Shown in pieces: positions 17,590 to 26,441 of a stretch of DNA of 26,441 nt. The stretch is taken from positions 1-26,441 of the IMG/VR virus record IMGVR_UViG_3300020044_005320. One strand, 5' to 3'. Source of the DNA: a virus. Taxonomy: Duplodnaviria > Caudoviricetes. Position 1 is the first letter of the stretch. Each line of letters begins with the position of its first letter. Under the pieces are notes generated by a model that saw only the letters and a list, made by a program, of their open reading frames with translations, made no database searches and was not told the origin of the DNA. A program made the position numbers and the translations under genes.

Positions 17590-19583
17590 GGCTTGTTAGG
17601 CTTCCTTCCGTGTGCGTAAAATGTTACAGCCTCAATCTCGGCGCTCCCCTGAACGACAAACGCCACCTGCGCCTCAAGAGACGGGCCGTGGGCTGGGTAG
17701 AACTTCTCACCCCTGAAGTTTGCAGGAAAAGGGTAGGCTGTAGCCGGGCTGTTGGTTATGGTGTTTGTGCCGGGGGCCGTTAGACCAGGTATAATCCAGG
17801 GTGCGGAAGTCATTGACTTGATAGCAAAACTGCTGGTTCCTCTAAACCGCAACCCCACGCGGTGCCAGAATGTCTTGTCATGGGGATCGTCGCCACCCCG
17901 TACAGGACGAGTTATAAGGGTGAGGTCAACCGACGTACCGTTGATTTTTCCAAACTCACCCTGTGCTGCGCCTGTTGGCTGCATGTTGTATCTCCATACC
18001 TGCTTGTTGGTACCGTCATTCCAGATGAAGTAAACACAGTTTCCAGTTTCGTGCATGGAGATGGGGCCGGCTATTGCTCCCGTTAGCGTCGTATCTGGTA
18101 AAACAAACTCTGTCCACCCACCGCGTTCACCGAACTCGCGCAGCACAAAGAGTTGGTTTAGAGCACTAAACAGCAAGTACTTGTCCCAAGCTACGAGGTT
18201 ATCGGTGCTGTTGGCAAACGATGTCTGTGGGAACATGATGTTTTCACTTATGTGGGTTACGCTCTGTGTATTGGTCTGCCAGACAAGTGAGTTCTCGTCC
18301 AAGAAACAAACAGTGCCAGTAGCCGGCCAAACCTTTACGTGATTGAACGCGCCACCCGCGTTGGCAAAACCACGAGTACCAACACCGCCGCGTACAAGTT
18401 CCACTACAAAGTTTAGAGCAAGCTCTTCTTCAAGAACCACACCAGCGCTCGTGCCTCGGAGTAAGAAAATACCCGAGTCGTTACTGATAGTCTTTGTCAA
18501 AACAAGTAGTCCCTGCGGAACTACAACCATTGCAGTAATCTGGCTATCTGGCTGACCCAGAGTGAAGACAGCCAATGGATCAAAAGTTGTCGGGGACTCG
18601 GGGTTACTGAACCATACAGCATTTCGTATACGGGCGCTATTGGACGAGGAAAGGGGTAAGCCCTTTTCAATGTCAGCATTATCTCGGTAGTACTCAACAT
18701 CACCCAAAATAAGCTGCCCGTTCCAGAATGCCCCAACGTTGGCGTGTGGCACATATCCCTTTGCCGGTGGCTTTACGCCGCCCTCTGCGCTAAATGGAGT
18801 TTCTCCGTATGCGTTATAAGCTCGTACCACAACCCCGATCTCGTCACCCGAGACGCCAGTAAATGTAGCGGATGTAGCACCAGCAGCTGCCGTTGCTTTC
18901 AAAACTCCCGTAGAAGAATAAATACGAAAGCCTAAGATGGGGCTACTGCCGGGCGAGGTTACCCCCCAGTTTACCGTGACCGTTCCTGCTGCAAATGTTG
19001 AAGTAACGCCAGCCGGTGCGCCTGGCACATAACCAGGGTAGATCGCAACGGCGCCAGCCCCGTCAATGACACGCCAAGCACCTATGCTTGATGACGTGTC
19101 AGCCCAGATAAAAATAGGTCCAGCAGTAGCGCCAGTACCGAGGGTGTAGGCCTGGTTGATGAGTAGCGCTGGGATAGTGCGACCACTTGCAATAGTGGCC
19201 TGCTGAAATGATACGTCTGTAAGAAAATGTGAATCCGCAGACACAGTAAGAGTAGCCGTGCCGTTAGAGGACGTAATACGGGTCCATGATGTTGAGTTTA
19301 CTGTAGTAAAAGTAGAACCAACATTTGGCGCTGTGCAGTACCAGACCTCTCCGTTGTCCTTGATACCAACCACGAACTGTGATCCGTCTGCCGCAACAAG
19401 AGGGCGTATCTCTCTAAATCCAGCCTCCGTACCCACGCGCTGTAGTGGCGGCTGCGACCGTAACACATAATCCTTCACCAAAATAAAACCTTTGATGACA
19501 GACCACTCGTTTGGCTGAAAGTCCTCAGGTGCGTATGTAAACTTCTGCCCGCCGCTGAAGTCATTGATAGTAATCTTCTTCAC
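17586..19583 (-). CDS. Tail nozzle / stabilisation protein (T7 gp12 / P22 gp10-like) with an FN3 insertion
   Basis: N-terminal INDFSGG, beta-propeller-like body, VWFSNP..P..F, GLLVL and K.WHRV motifs; follows the adaptor gene. Confidence 0.75.
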   Translation of the reverse strand: MKKITINDFSGGQKFTYAPEDFQPNEWSVIKGFILVKDYVLRSQPPLQRVGTEAGFREIRPLVAADGSQFVVGIKDNGEVWYCTAPNVGSTFTTVNSTSWTRITSSNGTATLTVSADSHFLTDVSFQQATIASGRTIPALLINQAYTLGTGATAGPIFIWADTSSSIGAWRVIDGAGAVAIYPGYVPGAPAGVTSTFAAGTVTVNWGVTSPGSSPILGFRIYSSTGVLKATAAAGATSATFTGVSGDEIGVVVRAYNAYGETPFSAEGGVKPPAKGYVPHANVGAFWNGQLILGDVEYYRDNADIEKGLPLSSSNSARIRNAVWFSNPESPTTFDPLAVFTLGQPDSQITAMVVVPQGLLVLTKTISNDSGIFLLRGTSAGVVLEEELALNFVVELVRGGVGTRGFANAGGAFNHVKVWPATGTVCFLDENSLVWQTNTQSVTHISENIMFPQTSFANSTDNLVAWDKYLLFSALNQLFVLREFGERGGWTEFVLPDTTLTGAIAGPISMHETGNCVYFIWNDGTNKQVWRYNMQPTGAAQGEFGKINGTSVDLTLITRPVRGGDDPHDKTFWHRVGLRFRGTSSFAIKSMTSAPWIIPGLTAPGTNTITNSPATAYPFPANFRGEKFYPAHGPSLEAQVAFVVQGSAEIEAVTFYAHGRKPNKP

Positions 19584-19586
19584 CGG

Positions 19587-20255
19587 CTACACCCCGTAGT
19601 TTGTGCTGCGTCGTCCCCAGATACGTTGGCGCCCACCGAGACGGAAGATGCTACGATCGCGCTCGCTTAGGTAATCTTCCTTCATTTGCTCAAGACCATT
19701 GCGATACTGTGCGTTGTAGAAAGCACGGCGTTCGGTGTCGTCACCTTCGCGGTATAGAACTCGTACTGCCGCGCCGTAAGCAATAACAGTATGAAACTTG
19801 GCTTCAAAAGTTGGAGTGTCGGTGTTATTGACAAGCTCAACCGGCTCGCTGAAATAGCGAATCGTCACAGTCTCCGGCATGCTGGGTGTTGGCCAGAACT
19901 GGATGTTGCCTCGCCAGGTATTGTACTCTTGCGGGTTATCATTGATCAGTGGGCCAAGCGTGTCATCGACAGAGTACCGGCTACGTGGCTTCAACTGGCG
20001 GCGATTGGAGTCGTTGCTTAGTACGGCAACCGAGGCTATTGATACCTCGCCTACGCCGGCTGGCAGGGTGTAGCTGTCTGTGCCGGTGACCAAGTTGAGA
20101 GTGGCCTCATTGCGGAGGAACGGCCAGTCAGCCTCACGCATGATTTCAAGGTAGGCTTCATTGATGAAGATGTTTAGGTCAGCGTCGGATACAATGTCCG
20201 TGCTGGCTATGGCTACAAGTGAGCGAACGTGGGATCGCAGTTGTGAAAGGTTCAA
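19587..20255 (-). CDS. Head-to-tail adaptor (T7 gp11 / P22 gp4-like)
   Basis: MNLSQLR..FINEAY..WPFL..YTLP..FWPTP..FH.VI.YGA pattern; TTG start with SD GAGGAGG. Confidence 0.8.
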   Translation of the reverse strand: MNLSQLRSHVRSLVAIASTDIVSDADLNIFINEAYLEIMREADWPFLRNEATLNLVTGTDSYTLPAGVGEVSIASVAVLSNDSNRRQLKPRSRYSVDDTLGPLINDNPQEYNTWRGNIQFWPTPSMPETVTIRYFSEPVELVNNTDTPTFEAKFHTVIAYGAAVRVLYREGDDTERRAFYNAQYRNGLEQMKEDYLSERDRSIFRLGGRQRIWGRRSTNYGV

Positions 20256-20269
20256 GGGGGTCGCCTCCT

Positions 20270-20291
20270 CAACTATGGTAAGTGTCCGACA
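20270..20291 (-). promoter_or_regulatory. Late-gene motif TGTCGG-N9-ATAGTTG before the adaptor gene
   Basis: Exact match between the capsid terminator and the SD. Confidence 0.75.
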
Positions 20292-20327
20292 AAGGGTAAG
20301 CCCCCGACAGCCGAAGCCATCGGGGGC
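20292..20327 (-). terminator. Intrinsic terminator after the major capsid gene
   Basis: GCCCCCGATGGC-TTCG-GCTGTCGGGGGC (12-bp stem with G-U pairs, cUUCGg loop) followed by TTACCCTTT. Confidence 0.8.
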
Positions 20328-20346
20328 GCCCTAACTCAATCAGCGA

Positions 20347-21549
20347 CTATGCGCGGTTGAGCTTACCGTGAGCACGGCGGTTGTTTGTACCGAAGCACAG
20401 AACAGAAGCCAGCGGTGTCACTGAATCAAGTGTTCCAGTGATTTGCTGGGCAGGCATTGCCTTCATAAAGTTACCACCGAGGTAGCGGGCTACCAGGTAG
20501 TCAGTGTTCACGAAGTAAGCCGTGTTGACCGGAGCGTCTGGATCGAGACGAACAGGGATTCCGTCAAATGCCAACTCACGGAAGCGTGAATCCGCTGATC
20601 CGAGAGGTGCGTTGTAGGTCACCTTGTTGTCGAATGAGTTCTCGTACTCGGAGAACACGTTGCGACCCGCGATGATTGCGTTTGGACGCTCTCCTGATGC
20701 GACATAAATGTCGTCAGAGATTGTACGGAACGCTGTGATGATGTCCTGTGAGGCAGCAAGAATGGTCTTCTCGGTTGCCTTCCAGTATGTCTTGATGGCA
20801 GCCACAGTTGCTGTTCCGCCTGATGCGGTTGTACCAGCAGTTGCACCTGGTGAAACGTAGGTGAATGTGGTTGCAGCAACAGCTGTGATGGTCCAAGTTC
20901 CGTTGTATGAACCTGAGTCAAGAGTAGTACCAGCAACAACTACTGAGTCACCAACGATATAGTCGTGGGCACCAACAGTGATTGTAGTATTGTCGGAAGC
21001 ATCACGCTCAATGTCTGTGATGTTCTCAACAGAGTTACCACCACGGATACCACCAACGGTACGTGCAGTTGTTGTTGTGAGGGTGTCAGAGTTTGAGATA
21101 ACCTCATCGAGAGTGTTGAATGCGCCTGCTCCGGCTGAACCAGCGGTGTGAAGAACAGTAGCGATCTTCTTACCGTGGCCCTTGACAGCTGCGTCAAGGT
21201 GTGCCTTTGCAAGTGATACAACAGCTTCTGGACCAGAGTTCATTTCAAGCTGCTTGAACTGGACGCGAACCTTAGATACAAGTGGTTCTGCCCACTCGTA
21301 CTTGGCTACACCAAGAATGTCAGATGACACGCCGGTGTTGAAGGTTCCTGATGCATCTGTGAACACTGTTGAAGAGTCATCAGCTGCAATGATTGGGAAT
21401 ACAACAGCAGGTCCTGTTGTAGATGATACGTTTGACTTGAAGAAGTCAAGCGTTGGGTGTGCTGTGAGCACGTTGTCTACGAGTTGCTTCTCGATCTTTT
21501 GGATCGTAGCAGATAACAACTCGTTGAAGTCTGCTTGGCCGAGAGCCAT
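20347..21549 (-). CDS. Major capsid protein (HK97 fold) with an inserted beta domain
   Basis: L.DNV...P.L, E.NSG, TVGGI, L.FDGIPV..D..P..YF.NTDYL and NRRAHG motifs; strong SD AAGGAG; follows the scaffold gene and precedes a terminator. Confidence 0.9.
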   Translation of the reverse strand: MALGQADFNELLSATIQKIEKQLVDNVLTAHPTLDFFKSNVSSTTGPAVVFPIIAADDSSTVFTDASGTFNTGVSSDILGVAKYEWAEPLVSKVRVQFKQLEMNSGPEAVVSLAKAHLDAAVKGHGKKIATVLHTAGSAGAGAFNTLDEVISNSDTLTTTTARTVGGIRGGNSVENITDIERDASDNTTITVGAHDYIVGDSVVVAGTTLDSGSYNGTWTITAVAATTFTYVSPGATAGTTASGGTATVAAIKTYWKATEKTILAASQDIITAFRTISDDIYVASGERPNAIIAGRNVFSEYENSFDNKVTYNAPLGSADSRFRELAFDGIPVRLDPDAPVNTAYFVNTDYLVARYLGGNFMKAMPAQQITGTLDSVTPLASVLCFGTNNRRAHGKLNRA

Positions 21550-21583
21550 GTTTGTTTCTCCTTATAGGGTCGGGGTTGGAGGC

Positions 21584-22615
21584 TTACTGTTTAGAAGTAA
21601 GTTCCTGGAACGCTGCCCAAGCTGCGTCCTCAATGTTGCTCGGCGGTCGACTTGCGGATACCGAGCCACCCGTTGACTTCGCTGTGATAGCGCCAGTGGC
21701 TTCCTTCTTTGCAGAGACAGCCACCTTCTTAGTGGTGGAGGTCTTCTGCGACTCTTCGAACTTCAACGCCTTGTAAGCAATCTTGAGGTTCGTCAAGTTA
21801 TTGTCGAGAGCATACCTCAACAGGTTCAGTTTGGCTTCTACCTCTTGTGTAGGATCGAAGTTCAAACGGTTCTCTGTCTTGATTTGCGCCCACTGGTTCT
21901 CGTACCCCTGTATCAGAGCAGCTTCTTCAGTTTGCTGTTTTGCAAGTTCGTCCTGTTGTAGACGCTCCTGCTCAAACCGGTTCAACCTGTTCTTGAGTTC
22001 AGAGAGTTCGCTTGATGACTTTGTTTCCTCGGCCCACTTCTCCCGTACGTCTTTGGTTATGCCAAAGGTTTCAAGGAACTTAGGATCGAGCTTCTCCGCC
22101 TTAGCGAGTTCTACGATCACCTGTGAAATCGTCAGCGTTGGGTCTTCGGTGGATGCCACGAACCCGCTAACAACCTCGGCCTGATTAGCCTGCCACGCCT
22201 TCGTCAGATTCTCGACATACTCAACTTGTGCTTGAGTAGCCTGGCGCTCTGCATCAAATGCTTTGCGTTCGTCTGCGAGTGCCTGTGTCTTGCGGGTATA
22301 ATCCGCCTGACGCAGTGTTGCTTCCTTGACAGAGACTTCCGTCCCGTCTGGGAGAACAATGACATCGCTTTCAGTTACAGCAATGGGGCTTTTCGAATCT
22401 GCCTGACCATCGCTGCTCTCGTCAGCCTCTGCAACCTCTTCGGTTTCAGCTACCGCTTCTCCATCGGTCTCGGACTCTTTCACCGCCTCGGTGTTTTCGT
22501 CCTGCGCTTCTACCGCTTGTTCTACTGCCGGTACTTCGTCAGTTGGCTGTTCGGCCTTTGAAAGCTCTGACAATGCCTCCGTGAATAGATTCTCGAAAGT
22601 TGTTTCTTCTGACAC
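21584..22615 (-). CDS. Capsid scaffolding protein
   Basis: Acidic N-terminus, DGTEVSVKE..LRQADYTRKTQALA motif, coiled coils; lies between portal and capsid; GTG start with SD AAGGAG. Confidence 0.85.
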   Translation of the reverse strand: MSEETTFENLFTEALSELSKAEQPTDEVPAVEQAVEAQDENTEAVKESETDGEAVAETEEVAEADESSDGQADSKSPIAVTESDVIVLPDGTEVSVKEATLRQADYTRKTQALADERKAFDAERQATQAQVEYVENLTKAWQANQAEVVSGFVASTEDPTLTISQVIVELAKAEKLDPKFLETFGITKDVREKWAEETKSSSELSELKNRLNRFEQERLQQDELAKQQTEEAALIQGYENQWAQIKTENRLNFDPTQEVEAKLNLLRYALDNNLTNLKIAYKALKFEESQKTSTTKKVAVSAKKEATGAITAKSTGGSVSASRPPSNIEDAAWAAFQELTSKQ

Positions 22616-22716
22616 AGTTCTGTCTCCTTACCCGAGTGACTCGTAGCTGCGTGTGTCGCATTGCGATACGCACTATGGCTTATTCGGCTACGAGGGTACG
22701 CCAGAACAGCGTCCCT

Positions 22717-22740
22717 CAACTATAAGTGTCTTGTCCGACA
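22717..22740 (-). promoter_or_regulatory. Late-gene motif TGTCGG-N11-ATAGTTG before scaffold/capsid
   Basis: Exact match starting 2 bp after the portal stop. Confidence 0.75.
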
Positions 22741-22742
22741 GG

Positions 22743-24671
22743 TTACAGTATTGCTTCGCCAGCAGTCGGCGGAACTTGTTCTGTGCCAAGCGCGGCCAAG
22801 AGTTCAGGCGGCAACTGTTCAGCCCCCATTGGTAGGGCTTCTGGACCCGGTGCTGCTCCAAGCGCGGCCAACTCTGGCGGCAAACCACCGGCCATTGCTT
22901 CCGGTGGCATACCTTCTGGCGCTGCCGGCATAGCTGGCGGTGCTGGTGGTGGAGTGCGCTTCAAGAACTGATCTGGATCATAACCCAAATCACGGACGAC
23001 GTGGCGCATTGCTGGTTCTGGGTCGTATCCAAACGAGACCAAAGCTGGCAAGACAACGCTAAGCATCTCGATCGCTCGGGCCTGCTTGGTTGCTGGGTTG
23101 ACCGCAGAAAGTGACCCACCCTCAACGCGCATATCAAACTCGCCGGTCAAGACTTCGTTGTCCACGTCAGACCAAATGCCACCATTCTGACCAAGCAGAC
23201 GGATAACCCGACTCTCAATCAAGAACTCTTGGCAGAGTCTAATCATCTGGTTGAAAATACCACTTGCAGCCTTCTCAACCGCTTGCTGCTTATCCTTTGC
23301 ACGGAGAGTTGCTACCCCGTCAACAACTGCTGCTGCGTATGCGCTCATACGATCCGCGCCTACACCACCAGCCTGGAAGTCATTGATACCAAGCACCTGA
23401 CGGATAGCGTCTTCGAACTTAGCCTGCGCACCGTAAATGTCTGCCGGTAGTGGTGCGCGTGGCAGAGCGGTGATTGCGTCTCTTGGCATGATACCATTGA
23501 TAGGTTCCATCTCAACAACCACGTCAGGTTCGTCAGACTCTAACCGATCGCGGCTATCTGCATCAAAAAGTCCCTTGACAGTGACGTACTTGTTACCGGC
23601 ACGGCGCATGTTGTCAACCTGCTCGGTAAAAGTCTCGTTCATCTTCTCTTGCAGTGAGGCAATGTTCTCCAAGTCACCAAATGACCAGATCTCATTACCA
23701 CCATCAGAGAAGTTTCTCATGTGAATAAAGGGTGCGTGGCGATGTGAGTATGGAATCTCACCACGGTACAGCGGCTCGGCCATGCCAAGCTGCAAAACTG
23801 TCAGTGTTCTGGTACGCATGTCGTAGAACTCGTAGATAGTTGCTGTCTCGTAGATCAATGGTTCCAAGATTGACTGGTCTCCGCGCCAGTTGTCCTTCTC
23901 ACGGGTATCAATCAGACCGTCTGCTACGACATCTTTGGTATTTTTCAGTGTCTTGTTCGCCTTGATTTCGTCAACAGGTAGAACAATGCGCTGTGCTACC
24001 CATCGTGTCTCTTCAATGCGGCGTGCATTGTGTGGGAAGTAGATATCGTAGGGGCTGACGTACTCAACATACGGCTCATCTGCCTCAACTCGCTTGTCTG
24101 TCAGCGCAACAAACTCAACCAACTTGGAAACTTCTTCCATTGGCCGGCCTTCTGCTGCGGCAAGCCCAACTTCTGCAGCCATAACGCCTTGTAAGTCACG
24201 CTCAACGTCCTCAACGGCGCGTGGTGTCTCCTCGATCATGGACTTCCAGCCGATTTTGCAAAAACCATTACCCAAAACTACCATGTCCTGCGCCATGTCC
24301 CGCAAAACCGAGGTGGCATTGGTGCGCATCCAGTAGTACTGGGCTACTGCTTCGGCTACTTTGGCTGTTACTTCGGCTTGTTCGCCACCCTGGTAGGGGA
24401 CAGCGACCGGCTTTGGGTCTCTGGCTACAACAGAAGCAAGGATAATGTTCAAATGTGGCAGTACCATGTTGATAGTTTCAAGGTCTGCTGGGTGCAGCCG
24501 CTCAAAAATGGTGCCAGCTACCGTAGATTCACCCAGAGGCATCGACTTGCCAGTACGATACAGCGCTTCAAGCGAACGAAACCAGCTATGGCGCCACTTG
24601 TAACGCAACTTAGCATCGTCAATGAGTTCTTGAATCTCGTTGAGTTCATACGGTCTGACCTTTTCAGCCAC
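22743..24671 (-). CDS. Portal protein (P22-like), 642 aa
   Basis: G.GF.KIGW, VSPYDIYF, IYEFYD and FD.RVEGGS motifs; Pro-rich tail; start reassigned to GTG 24671 with SD AAGGAG, overlapping the terminase stop. Confidence 0.9.
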   Translation of the reverse strand: MAEKVRPYELNEIQELIDDAKLRYKWRHSWFRSLEALYRTGKSMPLGESTVAGTIFERLHPADLETINMVLPHLNIILASVVARDPKPVAVPYQGGEQAEVTAKVAEAVAQYYWMRTNATSVLRDMAQDMVVLGNGFCKIGWKSMIEETPRAVEDVERDLQGVMAAEVGLAAAEGRPMEEVSKLVEFVALTDKRVEADEPYVEYVSPYDIYFPHNARRIEETRWVAQRIVLPVDEIKANKTLKNTKDVVADGLIDTREKDNWRGDQSILEPLIYETATIYEFYDMRTRTLTVLQLGMAEPLYRGEIPYSHRHAPFIHMRNFSDGGNEIWSFGDLENIASLQEKMNETFTEQVDNMRRAGNKYVTVKGLFDADSRDRLESDEPDVVVEMEPINGIMPRDAITALPRAPLPADIYGAQAKFEDAIRQVLGINDFQAGGVGADRMSAYAAAVVDGVATLRAKDKQQAVEKAASGIFNQMIRLCQEFLIESRVIRLLGQNGGIWSDVDNEVLTGEFDMRVEGGSLSAVNPATKQARAIEMLSVVLPALVSFGYDPEPAMRHVVRDLGYDPDQFLKRTPPPAPPAMPAAPEGMPPEAMAGGLPPELAALGAAPGPEALPMGAEQLPPELLAALGTEQVPPTAGEAIL

Positions 24672-26397
24672 GGTATCTCCTTGATCTATTGGCCGCCCGG
24701 CGGTATTGCGACCAGTAACGGCGGTTTGCTCGTTCTTCAACCCGTCTCATCTCATCCACCTCGCCGTACAGGATGTTGAAGTCGAGTCGGTTAGCGCCAT
24801 CCACAGCCGTCTCAACTATCTGACCGCTCCCGACAGGCGTAATCTCCTCAATGAGGACGTAAACCCCAATAGCCAGGGACATAACCAAGTCGTCATGGCA
24901 ACCAACGTCAGCAGCCGTAGTGCCGTTCTCCCTGCGGACATAAGTACTCAACTCCTCGCGCAGCTTACCGTAGACATTCAGCAACCTCGGTTGCTCGCTT
25001 TCGTCCGGTGCGATGTACTCGGCAAGACGGTTGATCACCAGCGGCTTGGTCGTTCTGGTAGTTGGGAAGCCAAAGATCGGGGCACGCTTGCGCTTTGCCG
25101 CAGCCGGTGGTAGATAGCGATACATGTTCTGATAGTTGTACCGATTGCGCAGGTTGTCAATGATGGATACGCCAATACCACCAGCATTTTCAATGACCAT
25201 CAAGGCAGCAGGTTGGTTTGGTCCCTTGAAGTAGCGACCTATCAAGTCCAGTTCCCCTGCCCAGTCGCCTGGCTCAATGGCATTGCTGTGGTAGTAACCT
25301 ACGATTTCTGGTGTGCCATCTTCGAGTACCTGCAAAATGTGAGCTGCCGAGTAGTCGGCACCAACACCGAGAGCAGGGTCAGCAGCTACAACGAACTGTC
25401 GAGAGAAGTCAATCTGGTCTGGGTGGTAGGCAAGTGACAGTGGCGCTCGTGGTCCATCGCTGGGATCCTCCAACTCAAAGACAAGACCTTCGATACCGTC
25501 GCTAACCCAGCCGGTGTACTCAAACTCTGGGCAATCTTGCTCGGCTGGTATCCAAGAAAAGCGGGGACGGCCAGACTCGCGGAACGCTTCCTCGTCCGTG
25601 CTCGGATACTCTGCATAGAAAAGCCAGGGTTCGGAAATGAACTCCCGCTTCTTGTGTTCGTACTGTTCTGGTGTGATGAGCCTTGACGAGGACCACGGCT
25701 CAAAGATGGATGTAAACTCGTTCTGCTTTCTCTTACCTTCTCGGTAGATCTTGGCAAACATGTTGTTACCACCACGAGCAGTCGAGATGATAATCAATCT
25801 ACCACCGGCGTCAGTAGTCGGCTTGATAGTACGATAGGTGTTGGCTGGGTCTTCCATCAGAGCAAACTCGTCAAGGATCACAAGCGATGCAGTTTCACCA
25901 GCACCAGCAGTCTTCGTACCAGCAAAGGACTTCAATCGGTTAGTCGTACCGTCTGCGAACTTGAAGGCCATCTGCTTGGCTGCGTCTCCGTCAAGCTCTG
26001 GTCCCCTTGCCTTCAACCACTCTGGCAAGAACGAGTACATAAACCTTGCCATGCCCAAGTTCTTGTCCGCGCTGTCTTGGGACTTTGAAATCAGTAGGAT
26101 GTTGGCACGCGGCTTGAACAAGCAGTGCCAGAGTGCATAGGCCATTGCCAGTGTGGTAAAGCCGAGCTGACGGGCTTTGAGAATGATAGTGAAGCGATCC
26201 TGCATGTAGGCACGCAGCGCGTTCTCCTGGTAGTCCCACAGACCAAAAGGCTCACGGCCTCGTGGGTCTCGCTCCGACTCAATCCAGACATACGTCCTAA
26301 TGAAGTACTCTGGGTCGGCAGCACACTTTCGGAACTCTAACTCATACCAGAGTTTTTCGAGTTCGACAATAATGGGCGCAGATACGGCAACTGTCAT
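24664..26397 (-). CDS. terL: Terminase large subunit
   Basis: LWDYQ, Walker A variant KARQLGFTT, Walker B VILDE, ISTA, RNase H-like ADPALG..DYS..IENAG..HDDLVMSLAI. Confidence 0.97.
   Translation of the reverse strand: MTVAVSAPIIVELEKLWYELEFRKCAADPEYFIRTYVWIESERDPRGREPFGLWDYQENALRAYMQDRFTIILKARQLGFTTLAMAYALWHCLFKPRANILLISKSQDSADKNLGMARFMYSFLPEWLKARGPELDGDAAKQMAFKFADGTTNRLKSFAGTKTAGAGETASLVILDEFALMEDPANTYRTIKPTTDAGGRLIIISTARGGNNMFAKIYREGKRKQNEFTSIFEPWSSSRLITPEQYEHKKREFISEPWLFYAEYPSTDEEAFRESGRPRFSWIPAEQDCPEFEYTGWVSDGIEGLVFELEDPSDGPRAPLSLAYHPDQIDFSRQFVVAADPALGVGADYSAAHILQVLEDGTPEIVGYYHSNAIEPGDWAGELDLIGRYFKGPNQPAALMVIENAGGIGVSIIDNLRNRYNYQNMYRYLPPAAAKRKRAPIFGFPTTRTTKPLVINRLAEYIAPDESEQPRLLNVYGKLREELSTYVRRENGTTAADVGCHDDLVMSLAIGVYVLIEEITPVGSGQIVETAVDGANRLDFNILYGEVDEMRRVEERANRRYWSQYRRAANRSRRYRG
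24813..24835 (-). promoter_or_regulatory. Late-gene motif TGTCGG-N10-ATAGTTG inside the 3' end of terL, upstream of portal
   Basis: Exact match ~140 bp before the portal start. Confidence 0.7.
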
Positions 26398-26441
26398 TGT
26401 GACTCATTGCCAGGCACAAGCACAGCCTTACGTTTCTCTAA
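26394..26441 (-). CDS. C-terminus of upstream gene (possibly terminase small subunit), truncated
   Basis: Open frame LEKRKAVLVPGNESQ* whose TGA overlaps the terL ATG (ATGA); identity by synteny only. Confidence 0.4.
   Translation of the reverse strand, partial: LEKRKAVLVPGNESQ

Noticed and set aside
22743-22960. Pro/Ala/Glu-rich portal tail resembling the 7451-7897 protein (APGPEAL versus APGTEAL)
   Set aside because: Low-complexity compositional similarity; such tails are common on portals of this type.
26152-26181. Terminase Walker A without GKT (KARQLGFTT)
   Set aside because: A recognised variant in many large terminases (RQxG[FMI][ST]T).
1-26441. CRISPR arrays, tRNA genes, DGR repeats or reverse transcriptase, introns, inteins, genetic code reassignment
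   Set aside because: None seen: intergenic gaps are short, core genes have normal lengths, and TAA, TAG and TGA all serve as stops.

Overview
The whole window is a fragment of a tailed dsDNA phage genome, most likely a temperate podovirus-type phage of an Actinomycetota host (inferred from a phiC31-gp3-like protein, an SENGWP-type M15 endolysin and an actinophage-type holin). The + strand (1-4294) is a translationally coupled early operon: exonuclease C-terminus, gp3-like recombination directionality factor, HTH protein, RusA-like resolvase, DnaB-N/RepA-type helicase and a divergent sigma-70 factor. The - strand (26441 to 4251) carries terminase, portal, scaffold, major capsid, adaptor, tail nozzle, three internal/ejection proteins, lysis and small virion genes, an HNH-holin ORF, an intact attP-like site and a large serine recombinase. 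Main signals: (i) a 46-bp attP-like site whose inner half plus crossover dinucleotide recurs inverted (13/14) right after the integrase stop codon, so the integrase cassette may be invertible; (ii) five copies of TGTCGG-N9-11-ATAGTTG in front of late genes, a candidate promoter for the phage sigma; (iii) an in-frame HNH-holin fusion; (iv) an ~80-aa beta domain inserted in the capsid protein. All calls come from motif recognition by eye; no searches were run.
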